Shown here: piece by piece, positions 26,439-30,780 of the stretch
Position numbering within the stretch: the stretch's first letter is position 1
How the letters are laid out: each line of letters begins with the position of its first letter
IMG/VR virus record: IMGVR_UViG_3300037604_000076
Span: 1-30,780 of that record
Source of the DNA: a virus
Taxonomy: Duplodnaviria; Caudoviricetes
DNA: 30,780 nucleotides
Strand: one strand, 5' to 3'
Notes under the pieces: generated by a model
The model's input: only the letters and a program-made list of their open reading frames with translations
What the model was told of the DNA's origin: nothing
Databases searched by the model: none
Position numbers and translations under genes: made by a program

Positions 26439-26750
26439 CTAGTGGCTTTGATCTTGCTCGCCAAAAAGGATTTCATAAGTGACAGGGTCATAAAACCGCA
26501 TCAACTCCTTGACGAAGTCCCGCAGATCCATGCCCAACGCTTCGGCCCAGACCTCATAGCGGTCTGGCGGCAGCCTGCCGCGGCCGTTCTCGAGCTGGGA
26601 AATAAAGGTGTAGTAGGTAATGCCCACCTTGTCGGCAAACTGCCTTTGCGACAGCCCGGTCGCCTCGCGCTTTTCGCGCATCCACAATCCGCCAGCCACG
26701 CGCAGATTCCGGACTTCCTCCGCATCCCGGCGCTGAATGTTGCTATACAT
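26439..26750 (-). CDS. XRE-family helix-turn-helix regulator
   Basis: REKREATGLSQRQFADKVGI...ISQLENGRG HTH_3 motif; RBS GGGGA. Confidence 0.88.
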   Translation of the reverse strand: MYSNIQRRDAEEVRNLRVAGGLWMREKREATGLSQRQFADKVGITYYTFISQLENGRGRLPPDRYEVWAEALGMDLRDFVKELMRFYDPVTYEILFGEQDQSH

Positions 26751-26829
26751 TGGTTACAATCCCCAACCAAGTTGGTGTTTAGCTCGTGCCCCGGATGGCC
26801 TCCCGCCCGAAGCACTCAAGAATGCTGTA

Positions 26830-27000
26830 CATTACTTAGGGTGCTCATGTTTTCCGCAAAGCCGCAATATGTGAGCGTATGTAAATTTCATTTTTGTATT
26901 TTTACAAACAGTAGAAAATATACGAATTAGCGTAAGAATACGAATAATATTGATATCCATATAGTAAACTTGACGCAACTCCTCCTTGTTATTACGAGTC
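26830..27000. promoter_or_regulatory. AT-rich divergent promoter region (XRE gene / S-layer gene)
   Basis: Strongly AT-rich; CTTGAC at 26969-74; ATACGAAT direct repeat at 26920 and 26938. Confidence 0.5.
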
Positions 27001-27108
27001 GAAACAGTCGCAACAGAGCGGCATGTCTGGATGGAGTCCAGCCGAAGTGAATTTCTTTGGCTGAGTATGTTTTTCAGGCGCTTTTATTATCTTTACGGGA
27101 GATACCCA

Positions 27109-30100
27109 ATGCCAATCGCTGATCTCACAACGCTCGTCAATGCGACGACGCAGAACCTTTCGCAGTTGAAGGGGCTGTCGATCGCATACAACCTTCTGGG
27201 TGGTGCGCCGTCAATCGCGGGCTACACAGCGCTGATCAACGCCAACAACGCGTCGAACTTCGGAGCTGGTCCAGGCCCAGTGTTCAATGACGAAAATGTC
27301 TACATCAACACGCTCAATGCGCTTTATCAGGGAAATCCGGACGCCAAGACCGCGTTTGATGCGATTGTCTCTGGCGGCGCGTCTCTGTCTGACAAGCTCA
27401 CCCTGGTCTATAACAAGCTGGTCCCTGCGGATGCCCGCACTGATGCAGGGCTGAACTTCTTTAAGTCGCAGTCTGCATTCTACGAGGCTCGCGCAGCTGA
27501 GCTCGGTGTTGCCGGTTCGAATGGAGCGGCACTCGTTGCCTACGCCAGCCTCGCGAAGATCGCGGTTGATAATGATATTGGCGGCCTTGGTGATTCGATC
27601 AATGACCTCGTTGCAGCCGTCCTCGACGGATCGGCAGCGTTGCCGGAAGACGGTGCTGCGTTCACGCCGCTGGAAACCGCTGACGGAACCGCCTTCGATG
27701 GCGATGACGTTAATCCGGATGCTGTTACGCTGACCAATGGCATCGATGTCGTGACCGGCAACGAATTCAGCGCTCCGCGTGGCTTCACGCCGGGTGGCAC
27801 CGATCAGGTCAACACGCTTGACAATGATGACATTCTCACCGGCACGGGTGCCAACCCGACGTTGAACCTGACCTTCGTCACCGACGCGGACACCGGCCTC
27901 AACAACATCACGCCGACCTTGAAGGGCGTCGAGACTGCAAATGTTCGCTTCGAAGGCGGGATCGGTTCGACTCAGACCCTCGATCTTCAGGATTCGGCGG
28001 GTATGAAGAACGTCAACCTGTCGAGCATTGCTGAAGCGCAGGTCGTTTCGGTTCAGAACATTGCTGAGGCAGGGACGAACAACCTGTCGATCAACAATTC
28101 GCAGTCGCCGAACAGCACGATCAACTTCAGGTACATCGACAGTGCAGTGGCCGGTGCTGCCGACACTGCGAACCTGCTCCTCAACAACGCAGGTACCGGT
28201 TTCCTCAATCTCCAGAGCATGACCGGCAAGGAAGGCATCGAAACCCTCAACCTGACCTCTTCGGGCGGCGCCAACTCCGTTGGTCAGACCACGGCTCAGG
28301 ATCTCGGTACCGTGAATATCGCCGGCGACCAGAGCCTTCTGCTCGGCAACTCTGCAGACACCACGAATGGTGCTGGCGGAACTGTGGAAGCGACACATTA
28401 TGGTAACGGTTTTGCAAACGTTGCCGGTTCCCTGTCAAAGGTCGATGCATCTGGCTTGAAGGCTGGGCTTGAGGTCAACCTCGGCACGGAAGTTGTTGCG
28501 CTCAAGGACGGTACCTCTGGCGTGGACGTTGATTTTGCCTTCACCGGTACCGGCAGTGACGACACTGTTCGTCTCCTTTCCGGCCTCAACAAGGGCGATG
28601 CATTCGACCTTGGTGAAGGTACCGATACGGTCTCTCTCTTCCAGAGCGCGGGCGCAGGCTCGATCAAGGGCACCGAGTCGGTCAACATCCTTTCTGGCCA
28701 TGACGCCGGTACAGGTGCTGACACGATCAACTTTGATACGTCGATCGCACCGGACCTGAAGGATGTCTTCATCCGGAATGAAGGTCAGGACCTCGTTGCA
28801 GGTAACTGGGTTTCGAAGGCTGAAGCCATGACCGTCAATCTGACAAAGGTCTCCACCGAAGTTGCGGCCAATCTGACTGTTGCGCATGGTACCACCGGCA
28901 ATAATGGCTTGGCTGGTAACCTCATCACCGTTGCTCCGGCAACTGATGGCGCGTCTGACACTGTGGGTCTGAAGATCGTTGACGGTATGAATGCCGATCC
29001 GCGCTTCAACGTCCAGCTTCAGGCGGTCGCTTATGAAAATGTTACGCTGACCGACAGCGACACCGAAGACAACACTGTTCAGCTTGGTTTGGCTGGCAAC
29101 GTGCTGCCTCACACCGGGACGCTCACCGTCGCTGGTGGACAGGCTGGGAAGTTCTTCAACCTCGATGCTACAGCCAACTTGCTTCGTAAGGACGCCTCGG
29201 GTGCTGCCACTGACGGTGTAGGCGTTGCCGACGTTGGTGCTGGTGGTGCGGAGCGCTTCTCAGGCGCGAAGATCGATGCAACCGGTACCGCAAGCGACGT
29301 GTTCGTGCGCGTCAGCACCCTTACAGACGCCAAGGGCGTTGAGCAGCCAGGTGGTGGTCAGACCATTCAGATGGGCTCTGGTAATGACTGGGTCGTCTTC
29401 GACGAACTGGGTGACACCACTGCTGGTCTGACGATCAACGACACCGTGGCCGGTGGTGCTGGCAATGATACGCTCGCCATCGACGGTAATGGCGTCAAGG
29501 TCAACATCAGCGCTTCCGAGTGGACCAATGTTACCGGCTTCGAGAACATCCACCTCGTGGGCAACGGTGTTGCTGGCGTGAACACGGATACCGTTGCAGG
29601 TAAGGGTGATGCCTATGGCCGCAACAGCTACAACCTGACCCTGACCAACGATCTGATCGCTGCGAATGGTGTGGGTGGTGTCATCAACATCATCAACGAC
29701 AACGACTCTGCAAACGATGTTGTCGGCGTGGCTGATACCGCTGGAACAGGTACAGAGCGTGGCGTAACGATCGATGCGCGTACTCTGAGTGCACAGAACA
29801 GCTTTACCTATAATGGTGAGGAAGGTGGTTCCCGAACGGCTGATCGCTTCATCCTGTCCGACGCCAATGTCAACGGCAAGGCCGTGATTGACGGTGGTGC
29901 TGTTCTGGGTGGTGGTAACGCTGCCATCAACACTGCCAATACGGACGTTATGGAAGTCCGCAACTCGGCAGTGGTGACCACTGGTGACCTGACCGGACTG
30001 AAGAACATCGGTACGATCGAGTTCACCAACGACCAGGCTGCTCCGCAGACGTCTGTTCTGCAACTGGACAACGCATCGGTTGATGCGCTGGTGAACTCGA

Positions 30101-30780
30101 GCCGGGTTGCTGCGACAGGCTTCGAGGAAACGCTGACGGTTCGTGCCTACGACAACCCGACTGTTCCAGCTGCAACTACAACGTTGAACGTTGACGCCTC
30201 TCAGGTGACCAACGCTGCGCTGCAGGTTAATATCGCTGGTGCCGGTGGTGCTGACACGATCGTCGGTGGTGCAGGTAATGATGCGATCGATGGCGGTGCT
30301 GGTATCGACTCCATCGGTTTGGGCAGTGGTGGCACTGATACTGTTGTCTTTGACGCAGCGAATGCTACATCAGCGGACGGTGATCTGATCACCGGCTTCA
30401 CTGCTGGAGCAGGTGCCGGGTTTGATATCATGCAGCTCGATGTGTCTGATGTTGGAGCGGGTATCATTGCTGGACTGACCGCTAACGTGGTCAACGTTGC
30501 TGGTTCGGCCAATAATAGCATTATCGTGGATACTGCTAGTACCGATTACGCCAACTTTGCCGCGGCAGAAGCAGCGGTTCAAGCTGCCAATGCGGCTACA
30601 ACCGACTATCTGCTGACGTTCTTCAACACGACAACTAATCGTCTTGAGGTTTATGCAGACGCAGATTCGAGTGCTGCCGGTGGCGAAGTGTTGCTTGCGA
30701 CCTTCGATGACGTGGCTGTAACTGGTGCTGCCAACACGTTCATGAATACACTGACGGCGGGCAACTTCGACCTCGTCTAA
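27109..30780 (+). CDS. S-layer protein, RsaA-like, type I secreted (1223 aa)
   Basis: RBS GGGAGA plus ATG 27109. No signal peptide or Cys; rich in Gly/Ala/Thr/Asn/Asp; helical RsaA-like N-domain, then TLTNGID, beta-helix repeats, RTX nonamers GGAGADTIVGGAGNDAIDGGAGIDSI and C-terminus LTAGNFDLV. Codon use suggests high expression (GGT/GCT/AAC). Confidence 0.85.
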   Translation: MPIADLTTLVNATTQNLSQLKGLSIAYNLLGGAPSIAGYTALINANNASNFGAGPGPVFNDENVYINTLNALYQGNPDAKTAFDAIVSGGASLSDKLTLVYNKLVPADARTDAGLNFFKSQSAFYEARAAELGVAGSNGAALVAYASLAKIAVDNDIGGLGDSINDLVAAVLDGSAALPEDGAAFTPLETADGTAFDGDDVNPDAVTLTNGIDVVTGNEFSAPRGFTPGGTDQVNTLDNDDILTGTGANPTLNLTFVTDADTGLNNITPTLKGVETANVRFEGGIGSTQTLDLQDSAGMKNVNLSSIAEAQVVSVQNIAEAGTNNLSINNSQSPNSTINFRYIDSAVAGAADTANLLLNNAGTGFLNLQSMTGKEGIETLNLTSSGGANSVGQTTAQDLGTVNIAGDQSLLLGNSADTTNGAGGTVEATHYGNGFANVAGSLSKVDASGLKAGLEVNLGTEVVALKDGTSGVDVDFAFTGTGSDDTVRLLSGLNKGDAFDLGEGTDTVSLFQSAGAGSIKGTESVNILSGHDAGTGADTINFDTSIAPDLKDVFIRNEGQDLVAGNWVSKAEAMTVNLTKVSTEVAANLTVAHGTTGNNGLAGNLITVAPATDGASDTVGLKIVDGMNADPRFNVQLQAVAYENVTLTDSDTEDNTVQLGLAGNVLPHTGTLTVAGGQAGKFFNLDATANLLRKDASGAATDGVGVADVGAGGAERFSGAKIDATGTASDVFVRVSTLTDAKGVEQPGGGQTIQMGSGNDWVVFDELGDTTAGLTINDTVAGGAGNDTLAIDGNGVKVNISASEWTNVTGFENIHLVGNGVAGVNTDTVAGKGDAYGRNSYNLTLTNDLIAANGVGGVINIINDNDSANDVVGVADTAGTGTERGVTIDARTLSAQNSFTYNGEEGGSRTADRFILSDANVNGKAVIDGGAVLGGGNAAINTANTDVMEVRNSAVVTTGDLTGLKNIGTIEFTNDQAAPQTSVLQLDNASVDALVNSSRVAATGFEETLTVRAYDNPTVPAATTTLNVDASQVTNAALQVNIAGAGGADTIVGGAGNDAIDGGAGIDSIGLGSGGTDTVVFDAANATSADGDLITGFTAGAGAGFDIMQLDVSDVGAGIIAGLTANVVNVAGSANNSIIVDTASTDYANFAAAEAAVQAANAATTDYLLTFFNTTTNRLEVYADADSSAAGGEVLLATFDDVAVTGAANTFMNTLTAGNFDLV

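Noticed and set aside
26415-26930. 171-aa plus-strand ORF
   Set aside because: Antisense to the clear XRE gene and runs into the AT-rich promoter region.
26986-27108. 41-aa N-terminal extension of the S-layer ORF from TTG 26986
   Set aside because: No RBS, overlaps the promoter/leader, atypical composition; ATG 27109 has a good RBS.

Overview
Bases 1-~26370 are the morphogenesis and lysis arm of an alphaproteobacterial (Rhizobiaceae-like, inferred) temperate myovirus. It has a lambda-type head module (GpA terminase, portal, gpW-like, S49 protease, scaffold, decoration protein, capsid E), a P2-type contractile tail (V/W/J/I baseplate, fibres, sheath, tube, chaperone with a GGGAAG-type -1 frameshift, tape measure, U/X/D) and an endolysin-holin-spanin cassette. 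All ORFs look intact. Beyond the lysis genes lie a convergent XRE-HTH gene and a divergent 1223-aa RsaA-like, T1SS-type S-layer gene. The standout feature is a low-GC moron with its own promoter and terminator between the tail chaperone and tape measure genes. It encodes Calx-beta + EF-hand + helical/hydrophobic core + RTX-like segment + a C-terminal RsaA N-terminal-type (LPS-anchoring) domain. That domain is visibly homologous to the N-terminus of the neighbouring S-layer protein, suggesting a prophage-encoded S-layer-associated surface protein (receptor masking or a surface effector). Family calls come from recalled motifs and synteny; no searches were run.
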